In this document: positions 1-9,345 of the stretch, piece after piece | Numbering within the stretch: the first letter of the stretch is position 1 | Layout: each line of letters begins with the position of its first letter | Assembly: GCA_964556685.1 (NCBI GenBank) | Contig: CAZKWX010000003.1 | Span: 78-64,077 of the forward strand | Length of the DNA stretch: 64,000 nucleotides | Direction of reading: 5' to 3' | DNA from: an uncultured Bdellovibrionales bacterium | Lineage (GTDB): Bacteria > Patescibacteriota > Minisyncoccia > Moranbacterales > DUUL01 | Position numbers and translations under genes: made by a program | The notes under the pieces: generated by a model | Told to the model about the DNA's origin: nothing | Database searches by the model: none | Seen by the model: the letters and a program-made list of their open reading frames with translations, nothing else

Positions 1-83
1 TTGCAACCTACGGTAAAAACCGTAGCCGCCACTTTGCCCGGATAATCGATTAAGGTTAATTTTTGCAGTCCTCCAATCTTCAT
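1..83 (-). CDS. nrdG: Anaerobic ribonucleoside-triphosphate reductase activating protein (radical SAM), N-terminus only; runs off the window
   Basis: Manual translation from ATG at 83: MKIGGLQKLTLIDYPGKVAATVFTVGC, the typical start of this family just before CxxxCxxC. Confidence 0.85.
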   Translation of the reverse strand, partial: MKIGGLQKLTLIDYPGKVAATVFTVGC

Positions 84-100
84 GAAGTTCTTTACTAATT

Positions 101-264
101 ATCCCGCGAAGCGGGATCTCGGTGTGCGGGACTAATCAAATACAAATATACGAATCAATAAACTCTGCCATAGTGTCATCCCGGACTTGATCCGGGATCC
201 AGTGTCTATTCGTATATTCGTACACAATTCGCCTGTCCTCCGTAGCTCATCAGAGCGTAGGATG
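101..264. repeat. Cluster of REP-like palindromic elements
   Basis: ATCCCGCGAAGCGGGAT (101-117), TGTCATCCCGGACTTGATCCGGGATCCAG (174-202), CCTGTCCTCCGTAGCTC..GAGCGTAGGATG (232-264). Confidence 0.7.
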
Positions 265-510
265 AGTAATCCGTAATATGCAAAACAAAAAGCTCCAGGT
301 TCCCCCAAAGCCATGAGCGAATTTTGAAATATAATTCTTCAGCACAAGTTAAGCACGTTCCTATTGAGATTAATGGCAATTTCCCGCAAGTAAGATATTT
401 TTGACACCGCAGAGAAACAAAGTGGATCGTTTAGCAAAAATATTTTACTTGTGGGAAACCAAACATAGAACGTGAAGTCTTTTTTTCAAATTAAAAAATA
501 ATCTAATAAT

Positions 511-2838
511 CTATCCCCATTTGTCTCTCTCCTTCTGATCTTTCTCATCATCTTTATACCCAACTTTCTCTTCTTTTAATTCAGCTCCCACCAAAACTTC
601 CCTTGGCTTAGACCCATCCGGCGGTCCCACCACCCCATTTTCTTCCAGCATGTCAATAATTCGAGCAGCTCGAGAATAGCCAATGCTCAAACGACGCTGC
701 AGCATCGAAGTTGATGCTTTTCGCGCTTGGATCACCAATTCCTTGGCTTGCCCATAGAGCTCATCATCCTTATTTCCCTCGGTTCCAGGACCACTGAAGA
801 TTCCTGTATCACTATCCAGTTGCTGTTCTAATGATTCAGACAAATTCTCATCTTCATCAAATTTGAGATGCTTAGTTTGCTTCCTAATAAACTTAACTAA
901 CTTTTTAACCTCAGTTTCTGAAATGAATATTCCTTGAATTCTTCGAGGCCGAGCCGATTCAGCATTGATATAGAGCATATCACCATTGCCCAAAAGCTTT
1001 TCTGCTCCTGCCATGTCCAGAATGGTTCGTGAGTCAATCTGAGTGGCTACTTGGAAAGCCACTCGGGTGATGATGTTGGCTTTAATCAATCCAGTAATCA
1101 CTTCCACTGATGGTCGCTGAGTGGAAACAATCAAATGAATTCCCACCGCTCGAGCCATTTGAGCCAATCTCACGACCAATCCTTCCACGTCACGACCATG
1201 AGCAGCCATCAAATCTGCTAGTTCGTCAATCACAATCAAAATGTAGGGCATTTTTTCTGGTTTTTCTCCATTCTTTCCATTTCCATTGCCATTTTTCATA
1301 CTGGCCACTTTGTCATTATAGGAATGAATGTCCCTTGAGCTCATATCTTGAAGCACCTTGTATCTTCTCTCCATTTCTCCCACTGTCCACTTCAAGGTTC
1401 GCACTACTTTGTTCATGTCCACAATCACTGGCGTGAGCAAATGAGGAATGTCATTGTAGATTGAAAGCTCCACTCGCTTGGGATCAACCAGAATCAATCG
1501 AAGATCTTCGGGTGAGTTTTCATGAAGCAGAGTGCAAAGAATTGAATTAATATTGACACTCTTTCCAGTGTTAGTCGAGCCAGCAATTAAGAGATGAGGC
1601 ATCTTGTCAATATTAGCCAAAATCGGATGGCCGTTAACATCCTCACCAAGAATAATGCTCAACTTGGAAGGACGATTCTTGTAGACGTCGCTTTCCAGCA
1701 TGGAACGCATCCGAACAATTGATTTGGATTTGTTGGGCACTTCCACGCCTACCAGTGACTTTCCTGGAATGGGAGCTTCGATTCGAATGGCTGAGGCCGC
1801 TAAGGCGAGAGCTAAATCATTTTGAAGAGCCACGATTCGACTGAGTTTTACTCCCACGGCTGGTTTGAAGGTGTATTGGGTAACTGTTGGTCCAATGTGA
1901 TATTCACTGGGAGCTACTTCGATTCCAAAATTTCCCAATGTCTTTTTTATTATTTCAACATTTTCTTCTAAGTTTCCTTGATGAGGACGCTCTTTATTTT
2001 TTTCAAAAATTTCAATCGGCGGTTTCTTCCATCTTGAACCAGAATAGATATTTTTCTTAACTCTAGCTGAGTCGGAAAGACCCGCTCCCACAGCCGGTGC
2101 CACGGCTTTCTTTTTTTCATCGTCCTCTGCTCCTTCTGGTCCTTCAACAAACTGAATTGTATCTAACCTGATATTGTCTTCATCCTCCACTTTTTCTGGC
2201 ACTTCTTTTTCTTCTTCTGTTGAAGGTCCTTCAACAAATTTGTCTTTTTCCTCTGGCATTTCTTTTTTAATTCTTCCTCTCAGTCGATCCCACAAGGCAT
2301 GCAGGGGCGCATTGAAAATCAGCATCATACCAATCAAAAGAAAACCAAAGAGAATAATCACGGCTGCTATTTTTCCCAAGAATTTTGCCAGCGGATAGGC
2401 TACAGCTAGCCCTAAGAAACCACCGTCCTGACCTTGTTTGGCTGAGTCGATCATCAGATCAACGTCTTGAAACACGTGAGCCAATCCCAAAAACATAATT
2501 AGGAAAATAAATCCACCAACTGCTGCAAGAGTGTAGCGAATTGGTTCCATTTTTCGAAAATACATAATTCCCACCAAGATCATAACCAACGGCAAGAGAT
2601 ATCTCCCCCAGCCAGCCAAATAGGCCAGGCCTTGATCCGTTTTTTCGCCCACCATCCCGGCTTTGTGAATGAGACTCAGAAGAAATACACAAGCCAGCAT
2701 CACCAGTATAACCGCAACGATGCTTTTTTTGACATCCCGACTCAGACCATTTTCTTCATTCCCATTCTTTTTACCTCTTTTCCCTTTCTTGCCCTTTTTC
2801 TTCTTGTCTTTTTTAGTTTCTTTTTTCTTTCTTGGCAT
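511..2838 (-). CDS. ftsK: DNA translocase FtsK/SpoIIIE
   Basis: N-terminal TM region, Walker A GSTNTGKS, IDELADLM, QRPSVEVITG, gamma domain STSMLQRRLSIGYSRAARIID. Confidence 0.97.
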   Translation of the reverse strand: MPRKKKETKKDKKKKGKKGKRGKKNGNEENGLSRDVKKSIVAVILVMLACVFLLSLIHKAGMVGEKTDQGLAYLAGWGRYLLPLVMILVGIMYFRKMEPIRYTLAAVGGFIFLIMFLGLAHVFQDVDLMIDSAKQGQDGGFLGLAVAYPLAKFLGKIAAVIILFGFLLIGMMLIFNAPLHALWDRLRGRIKKEMPEEKDKFVEGPSTEEEKEVPEKVEDEDNIRLDTIQFVEGPEGAEDDEKKKAVAPAVGAGLSDSARVKKNIYSGSRWKKPPIEIFEKNKERPHQGNLEENVEIIKKTLGNFGIEVAPSEYHIGPTVTQYTFKPAVGVKLSRIVALQNDLALALAASAIRIEAPIPGKSLVGVEVPNKSKSIVRMRSMLESDVYKNRPSKLSIILGEDVNGHPILANIDKMPHLLIAGSTNTGKSVNINSILCTLLHENSPEDLRLILVDPKRVELSIYNDIPHLLTPVIVDMNKVVRTLKWTVGEMERRYKVLQDMSSRDIHSYNDKVASMKNGNGNGKNGEKPEKMPYILIVIDELADLMAAHGRDVEGLVVRLAQMARAVGIHLIVSTQRPSVEVITGLIKANIITRVAFQVATQIDSRTILDMAGAEKLLGNGDMLYINAESARPRRIQGIFISETEVKKLVKFIRKQTKHLKFDEDENLSESLEQQLDSDTGIFSGPGTEGNKDDELYGQAKELVIQARKASTSMLQRRLSIGYSRAARIIDMLEENGVVGPPDGSKPREVLVGAELKEEKVGYKDDEKDQKERDKWG

Positions 2839-2878
2839 AGTGAAATATATTACTGTCTGATTATAACATTATAGCTTA

Positions 2879-5536
2879 TTATTTTCTAATTAAAAATCTT
2901 CTTTTGAAAAATTCAAATATGAAGATTTCAACAAAGGCCAGCGAAATAATTAACACCCAGCTGGCTGAACTAATGGGTACAGTTTTCAAAAATCCCTGAA
3001 GCAGAGGAAGATAGATTGCCAAAACTAAAAGCAGGGCGCTGGCCAGCACAGCAGCATTCAAATACCAGTTGGAGAAAATATTTTTTCGAAAAATTGATTT
3101 TTTGAGTGATCGAACTGAATAGGCAAAAATTAGTGAATCGAACGCCATCAGAGCTAGAATCATGGTTCTGGTTTTTTCAATGTCCCCTGTAGTTTTCCAA
3201 ACAAACCAGAAAAACAAAAAAGTGATGATGCCATTGATGGCGAAAACCGAAATGACCCATTTCTTGATTGGTTTACTCAAAATCGGCTCTTTGTTGCCCC
3301 GTGGTTTTTCCTCCATCACGCCTGTTTTTTCATTTTCAGTCGTCAAAGCAATATCAGGCAATCCGTCTTCAATTAAATTGATCCACAAGATTTGAACAGC
3401 TAAAAGCGGCAAAGGCAACCCCAAAAACATAGCTCCCAAGAAAATAAATATCTCAGTGAAATCATCAGCCACCAAATATATGAATACTTTTCGAATGTTA
3501 TCAAAAGCTACTCTTCCTTGTTCCACTGCCTTGACAATTGTTTGATAGCTATCATCGAGCAAAATCACATCAGCCACTTCCTTAGCCACATCAGTGCCAC
3601 TGCCCAGAGCCACTCCCACATCTGAAGCTTTCAGGGCTGGAGCGTCATTGACTCCATCCCCGATCATGGCCACTGACTCTCCTCCTCTTTGCAGAGCTTT
3701 AACAATCCTAAGTTTGTGTTTGGGAAGCGTGCGAGCATAGAGAGTTGTTTTTTTAGCTGAATTCCTGAGCTCGGCTTCACTCAGTTTTTCTAATTCATCA
3801 CCTTCAAGAATGTGATTTTTTTGAATATTAATTCCCGCTTCTTGAGCGATTGTCTTAGCCGTCAATTGATGATCGCCAGTGATAATTATCGGACGAACTC
3901 CTGCTCGAGTAATTTTTTTAATGGCCTTTTTTGCGTCATGTCGAATTGGATCTTGAAGGGCCAAGAAACCAACGAAATTTAAATCTGTTGCTAACTCAGA
4001 AATGCTATTTAACTTTCCATTGTTGTCTAAATTTTTCTCGGCACAAGCCACCACTCGGAAACCTTCTTTGGCAATCCGTTCAAGTATTCTCTTGCCATCT
4101 TTCTCTTCATGTTCTCTAAAACCTATGCTCCCATCTGAAACAGAATATTTGGATGATCGTTTGAATATTTCTTCGGGAGCTCCAGCGACAAACAATTTTT
4201 TGTTTTCCCCTCTTCGGCAAAGAGTGGCGGCAAACTTTCGATCTGAGTCAAAGTTCCACTTATTGATAATATTACATTCTCTTTTGAGCTTTTCAATCTT
4301 CAAACCTGCTTGAGTAGCCGAAAGCAACAGAGCCTTGTCCGTATATCGACCTCTCACTGTCCATTTCCTTTCTTCTTCATGAAAATTTTCGATGTAGGCA
4401 TCGTTGGTTACCGTAGCTATTTTGATGATCTTCAGTTCCTGAGCTGAATAGGCAGACGGATCATTTGGGTTGAGTATGGTTGTCTTGTCCAGCAAGCTTT
4501 TCTTATGTCCCACTATTTGGGTCACTCTCATTTGTCCTTCGGTGAGGGTTCCTGTTTTGTCAGCACAAATCACTGTCACTCCTCCCAAACTTTCAGCAGC
4601 CGAAAGTTTTTTGACCACTCCTTTGCTCTTGAGAACTCTTCTCATGGCCAACACCAAAACCACAGTTATAGCTGGCAACAACCCCTCTGGAATTGATGAA
4701 ACTGAAAGCGCCAAGGCAGAAAGAAAAATTTGTTCAATGTTCTGATTGGAAAAATAACCGGCAATGATAATCACGATTACCAGCAAGAGTATGAAAATTC
4801 CGATCAGCTTGGAAAGCTTGAGAATTTTTCTTTGCAAGGGGGTAGAAGGCTCTTTGGTTTCCTTCAAAAGCTTCACCGTTTGACCAAATTCAGTCCTTTC
4901 GCCTGTCTCCACCACCACAGCCTCGGCTTGTCCTTGGGTGACAGCAGTACCGGAAAAAACCATGTTAGACTTTTCAACCAATTTCGCCTCCCGAGAAACA
5001 ACTTTTTCATCCTTTTTAACTGGCAGAGATTCGCCCGTTAAAGTCGATTCATCAGTTCGGAGATTTCTTGAAGTAATTATTCGAGCATCAGCCGCGATGC
5101 GGTCTCCTTCTTTGATGATAACAATGTCACCAGGTACCAATTGGCTACTATCAATTTCCTTTTCGTTGTTTCCCCTTCTCACTCTGACTTTAATCCTCAC
5201 CATTTTGTGAAGCTCGTTTAATGATCGGTTGGCCTTCATCTCCTGATAGAAACCAACTGTGGTGTTGATCAGAAGAACTACTAGAATGAAAATCGAGTCA
5301 GCATAGTGTCTGAGCAAGAATGAAATGATGATAATAATTAGCAAAACATAGACCAGAGGGTTTCTAAATTGACGCAAAAAAACAGTCAACTTAGACAGTG
5401 ACTTTTTTTTAGGAATTTCATTGCGGCCATGTTTCTCCAATCTCTCCCTTATTTCAATCTTGCTTAGCCCTTTTTTGTCAGATCCAATTCTTTTTAACAC
5501 TTCAGCCGCATCAATTGCGTGCCAATTTTTCTGCAT
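2879..5536 (-). CDS. Cation-transporting P-type ATPase (type IIA-like)
   Basis: TGES, IPEGL, DKTGTLT phosphorylation motif, TGD, GDGVNDAPAL. Confidence 0.95.
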   Translation of the reverse strand: MQKNWHAIDAAEVLKRIGSDKKGLSKIEIRERLEKHGRNEIPKKKSLSKLTVFLRQFRNPLVYVLLIIIIISFLLRHYADSIFILVVLLINTTVGFYQEMKANRSLNELHKMVRIKVRVRRGNNEKEIDSSQLVPGDIVIIKEGDRIAADARIITSRNLRTDESTLTGESLPVKKDEKVVSREAKLVEKSNMVFSGTAVTQGQAEAVVVETGERTEFGQTVKLLKETKEPSTPLQRKILKLSKLIGIFILLLVIVIIIAGYFSNQNIEQIFLSALALSVSSIPEGLLPAITVVLVLAMRRVLKSKGVVKKLSAAESLGGVTVICADKTGTLTEGQMRVTQIVGHKKSLLDKTTILNPNDPSAYSAQELKIIKIATVTNDAYIENFHEEERKWTVRGRYTDKALLLSATQAGLKIEKLKRECNIINKWNFDSDRKFAATLCRRGENKKLFVAGAPEEIFKRSSKYSVSDGSIGFREHEEKDGKRILERIAKEGFRVVACAEKNLDNNGKLNSISELATDLNFVGFLALQDPIRHDAKKAIKKITRAGVRPIIITGDHQLTAKTIAQEAGINIQKNHILEGDELEKLSEAELRNSAKKTTLYARTLPKHKLRIVKALQRGGESVAMIGDGVNDAPALKASDVGVALGSGTDVAKEVADVILLDDSYQTIVKAVEQGRVAFDNIRKVFIYLVADDFTEIFIFLGAMFLGLPLPLLAVQILWINLIEDGLPDIALTTENEKTGVMEEKPRGNKEPILSKPIKKWVISVFAINGIITFLFFWFVWKTTGDIEKTRTMILALMAFDSLIFAYSVRSLKKSIFRKNIFSNWYLNAAVLASALLLVLAIYLPLLQGFLKTVPISSASWVLIISLAFVEIFIFEFFKRRFLIRK

Positions 5537-5644
5537 TTATTTTTATTTTGCTTGTTCAGCGAGCTAAATAAAATGGTGTTAACCCCAGAGCAAGCTCTCG
5601 ACTCTTATTCCGCAGCAAGCTACAAGGAATTAAGCCAACAATTT

Positions 5645-5684
5645 GTCCTTCGTAGTCCCGACGTAACGTCGGGACGAAGTAGGA
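5645..5684. repeat. Nested REP-like palindrome
   Basis: GTCCCGACGTAACGTCGGGAC inside TCCTTCGTAG...CGAAGTAGGA. Confidence 0.6.
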
Positions 5685-6239
5685 TCAAACTATCTCCTCA
5701 CCTTTTCTCCAAATCAACCAATATTTATTTTTGTCTTTCGTTTTCTTTTCCTCCTGCTCGTCTTCAATCAGATGTTTTTGAGAAAATTTTTTTTGTTTAT
5801 TATTAAAGCCTTTGGTCAAGATCATAATGTAGCGACCTTTGACTTTTTCGCCCAAAAGATTGAAAGACAGTTTTCCTTCTTCGAATGATCCATTGATCAT
5901 GCCCCATTTTCCTTCGTCCCAAATTTCCACCGTTCCGGCACCATAGTTGCCTTCAGGAATTTCTCCTTCAAAATCAACATAGTCCACTGGATGATCTTCT
6001 GTTTGAATCGCTAGATGTTTGATTTCCTTGGTCAGAGGCAAGTTCTTAGGAACTGCCCACGATTTGAGCACCACTTTGCCATTCTTCTCATCTTTCATTT
6101 CAAGCCGAAAATCATAGTGCAGATGTGATGCATCGTGTTTTTGAATCACAAACCTCTGTTCCGAAGTCTTTCTGGCAGCGGGCTTCGGTTCTTTTGTCTC
6201 CTTAAAATTGCGTTTGAGCCGATATTGAATTAAGCTCAT
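5685..6239 (-). CDS. Stand-alone LigD 3'-phosphoesterase domain protein
   Basis: FVIQKHDASHLHYDFRLE, LKSWAVPK, LAIQTEDHP, FEGEIPEGNYGAGTVEIWDEG. Confidence 0.92.
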   Translation of the reverse strand: MSLIQYRLKRNFKETKEPKPAARKTSEQRFVIQKHDASHLHYDFRLEMKDEKNGKVVLKSWAVPKNLPLTKEIKHLAIQTEDHPVDYVDFEGEIPEGNYGAGTVEIWDEGKWGMINGSFEEGKLSFNLLGEKVKGRYIMILTKGFNNKQKKFSQKHLIEDEQEEKKTKDKNKYWLIWRKGEEIV

Positions 6240-6449
6240 TTGGCTTTAATCTAGCACAAAAAAGGGTTTTTTACAAATTAAAATACACAAAGAATCTTGC
6301 TTTTTATCCCTAAATAGAATACTATTTTTTATGCACAGGAGGGAGTCAGATATTTTCTGACTCTTGTTCATTGATAGGTCAATTAGGATATCAGGAAGGA
6401 CCTGTATCTCTGATTGTAACGCTAACCCTGAGACAAACAGGAGGATGTT

Positions 6450-7172
6450 ATGTCAAAGGAATTAACCGTTAGAAGCATGGTAGAGGGTCTTGTTCGAGAA
6501 GAAGCAATTGATGATTCAGGCAAGACAAGTTTCCTTGTAACATTTGAAACGGGCGCTTACGAAGATGGGCATATTAACTGGCTAAGAAAGAAACTGGGCC
6601 CTTGGATAGAAGAAATGAAACACGTTAAGGGCATTCTTTCTGTTAAAAACATCGCATTTAAAAAGGCTCCAAATAAGAAAGGAAGAGGCAGTATTTCATT
6701 GAGCATGGAAGTTAAGGGAGCGATATCGCCATCGCCAAAAGAAGTCGAGAACACTTTCTTTTTAGGTCAGTTCTTAAGCATGTTGAGAAAGACTTTGGCT
6801 ATGACTGTGTTAAGTCACTTCCGTCCACAGTTCAATTATATAAATCCAAAATTTGATGCTCTTCATGTCCATAGCTACGTTTTTGTGCCGGTTAGTTCTA
6901 ATTGGAAAACGGCTACAAAAAGACTTACGAACTTGGAAACTAATCATCCACTTGATTTCAGTAATCTAATAAGAGAATGTGGTGCTATGTTCACAAGTCC
7001 TGGCTTTACTCTAGAAAGAAATGATGAGGGTGACATTGTAAAGGCCCTTATGACAATAAGATGGAGAGTAGACGCATCAGAGACCCAAAGAGAAATACTG
7101 GAAAGGATACTCGACGCTTATTTCAAGGGAATGGAAATTGATATGCAGTCTCTTGAGGTTAAACCAGGGTAA
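6450..7172 (+). CDS. Hypothetical protein
   Basis: 240-aa ORF with AGGAGG SD and a downstream terminator; no motif recognised. Confidence 0.75.
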   Translation: MSKELTVRSMVEGLVREEAIDDSGKTSFLVTFETGAYEDGHINWLRKKLGPWIEEMKHVKGILSVKNIAFKKAPNKKGRGSISLSMEVKGAISPSPKEVENTFFLGQFLSMLRKTLAMTVLSHFRPQFNYINPKFDALHVHSYVFVPVSSNWKTATKRLTNLETNHPLDFSNLIRECGAMFTSPGFTLERNDEGDIVKALMTIRWRVDASETQREILERILDAYFKGMEIDMQSLEVKPG

Positions 7173-7206
7173 AACTTATAAACTATTTCACCAAGAGATG
7201 ATTTTT

Positions 7207-7244
7207 AAAGGCGATAATTTCTAATTTATCGCCTTTGTTTTTTT
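7207..7244 (+). terminator. Intrinsic terminator
   Basis: AAAGGCGATAA-loop-TTATCGCCTTT followed by a T-run. Confidence 0.7.
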
Positions 7245-7589
7245 AATTGACATTTTACTTCATACGTATTAGTATTACATGTTAGCCATATTCGACATTT
7301 GACATGTAACATTTGACAATTGACTCAATTAGATTACCTTGTTACGGATGATCTTCCCTTGAAGTTAAATGTTAATTGTTAAATGTTAATTGTTAAGCTA
7401 AGTTGGCTATTTACTTTTTAGAAAACAAAAGTTTTGTCTCAAAACCAAAATTTGCTTGCATGATAACAAATTCGAATTTATAATGAATCTAGGTTTAGAC
7501 AAAAATAAAAACGCCCCGCGGAGCGGAAGGATCGCTTAAAAAGCAATCACTCCACTTCGGGTGAAAAATAAATAGCCAAAACAAAATCC

Positions 7590-8396
7590 ATGGGGGAAAA
7601 GAAATCTGCTAATAAGAAGCAGGAAGAAGATCGAGCTGAAAAAATCCGATCACTTCAGGAAATGATTGCCACGGCAGAAAGAACCATCACTTCTGCCAAG
7701 GCCATGCTATCTCAAGTTCAAATCGAGGAGAAAGCATCTGGCAACGGCGCTGACTTTGGTTCAGTTGATGATTCCGATTTTGATGGTGATGGTCAAATCA
7801 TTCACGGAACTTTTGATGGACAAATTATGATCGGTGAAGATGGAAAACAATATCCGGTTCCTGCTAATTATGCTTCAAAATCAAAACTAGTCGAAGGAGA
7901 CATGCTCAAACTCACCATCACGGGTGAAGGAAATTTTGTTTATAAACAAATTGGTCCGGCTGAGCGAAAATATTTGATTGGCATTGCCAATCAAGACGAA
8001 AGAGGAAACTTTTTTGTTAAAACGGAAGATCGAAGTTATAAGGTTCTTTTGGCTGCTGCCACCTATTTCAAGATTGAAGCAGGTGACGAAGTGACGGTTA
8101 TTGTTCCCCGAGAGGGTGAAGTCACCTGGGGAGCAATTGAAAATATTGTCCGCAAAGCGTCCGATGTTCTCAGCTCTCCGGACATCAATTTGCAGTCAGA
8201 GCCAATGCAACCAAAGCTGACTGAAGAGAGCGCCAATGGAAAACCAACCGCTATTGAGAAACTAGAAAAAGAAATTGAGGACGAACGAAAGAGCGCTAAG
8301 AAAAAAGATGACATTCTCGATGAGTGGACTCCTGATATTGATCAAATGAAGAAAGAGGCCAAACAGCCAGCTGGAGCTGAAGAGGATGTTAGTTAA
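7590..8396 (+). CDS. Conserved CPR hypothetical protein (beta-barrel-like core)
   Basis: Core GTFDGQIMIGEDGKQYPVPANYASKSKLVEGDMLKLTI resembles a widespread CPR family; function unknown. Confidence 0.8.
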   Translation: MGEKKSANKKQEEDRAEKIRSLQEMIATAERTITSAKAMLSQVQIEEKASGNGADFGSVDDSDFDGDGQIIHGTFDGQIMIGEDGKQYPVPANYASKSKLVEGDMLKLTITGEGNFVYKQIGPAERKYLIGIANQDERGNFFVKTEDRSYKVLLAAATYFKIEAGDEVTVIVPREGEVTWGAIENIVRKASDVLSSPDINLQSEPMQPKLTEESANGKPTAIEKLEKEIEDERKSAKKKDDILDEWTPDIDQMKKEAKQPAGAEEDVS

Positions 8397-8472
8397 AAGA
8401 TCATTTATTATTTAAGTAAAATATTACTGAATACTCTGGGTAATATTTTTATTTTCTAAAAAGCAAAACAAA

Positions 8473-8931
8473 ATGCAAGCAATTCTGTCTCGCTATCCTG
8501 CTATTGGACAATTTCTTCGTTTCGGCGTCATTGGCGCAATGAATACCGGGGTTGATCTTGTCATCCTCAACATTCTAATGTTCATATCTGGTTATACTGA
8601 TGGCACGCCCTATTCGATTTTCAAAACCATTTCATTCGCTGCTGCTGCAACCTTTAGCTACTTCATGAACAAGCGCTGGGCTTTCAGAGACAAGTCCAAG
8701 AATCAGGAAGTCAAGAAGTTTTCTCAATTTTTTGTCATTTCCATCATTGGCGCCTTGATCAATGTTACTGTCGCTTCTTTGGTGGTTAATTTTGCTAAAC
8801 CGGCGCTTGATAGCACTTTAATTATTCCTCTTTCTGCTCAAATTTGGGGCAGCGTTGGTGCTCTTTGTGGAACAGCCGTAGGTCTTGCCTGGAACTTCCT
8901 GGGATACAAGTTTATTGTTTTTAAAAAATAG
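8473..8931 (+). CDS. GtrA family membrane protein
   Basis: FLRFGVIGAMNTGVD, SYFMNKRWAF, WNFLGYKFIVFK. Confidence 0.92.
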   Translation: MQAILSRYPAIGQFLRFGVIGAMNTGVDLVILNILMFISGYTDGTPYSIFKTISFAAAATFSYFMNKRWAFRDKSKNQEVKKFSQFFVISIIGALINVTVASLVVNFAKPALDSTLIIPLSAQIWGSVGALCGTAVGLAWNFLGYKFIVFKK

Positions 8932-9155
8932 AGTCTCTCATGGAGTACTCTATAGAATACTCTCTCGAACATTTGTCTATTCAAATACGATTGCATTTGC
9001 GATCGTATTTCATTATTTAAATGGCTCGAAATTATAGTATATATTTTAGTATATACTATAGTATATACCATTTTTTACTCTAAAAATCTTTACATTTGCC
9101 ATTCTCTATCTATACTAAATACCAGATACCTTTGAATAGTAAAATTTATTTACTC

Positions 9156-9300
9156 TTCCCCCTCTTTTGGAAAGATGTTGAATTCATTGGTTTTGAATTC
9201 AGGGGGGAATTAAGTGAATTGGCCGGCGTCTACTGCCATTTGAATTAACCCCTCTTGAGAATTACTCATCCGCAATTCTCCGCCTTGCCATAAGGGGAGA
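9156..9300. repeat. Dispersed ~140-bp composite palindromic repeat, copy 1
   Basis: Inverted relative to the copy at 23235-23364; shared TGAATTCA..TGAATTCAGGGGG..TTAAGTGAATTGGCCGG..TAACCCCTCTT. Confidence 0.75.
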
Positions 9301-9345
9301 GAATGGGTATTTTATAATTCAAGGATTCACTAAAAATTACATACA

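Noticed and set aside
132-314. 60-aa ORF on the minus strand
   Set aside because: Largely composed of REP-like palindromes; no protein motif
7590-8396. Possible ribosomal protein L7/L12 label
   Set aside because: No L7/L12 motifs; treated as a conserved hypothetical protein
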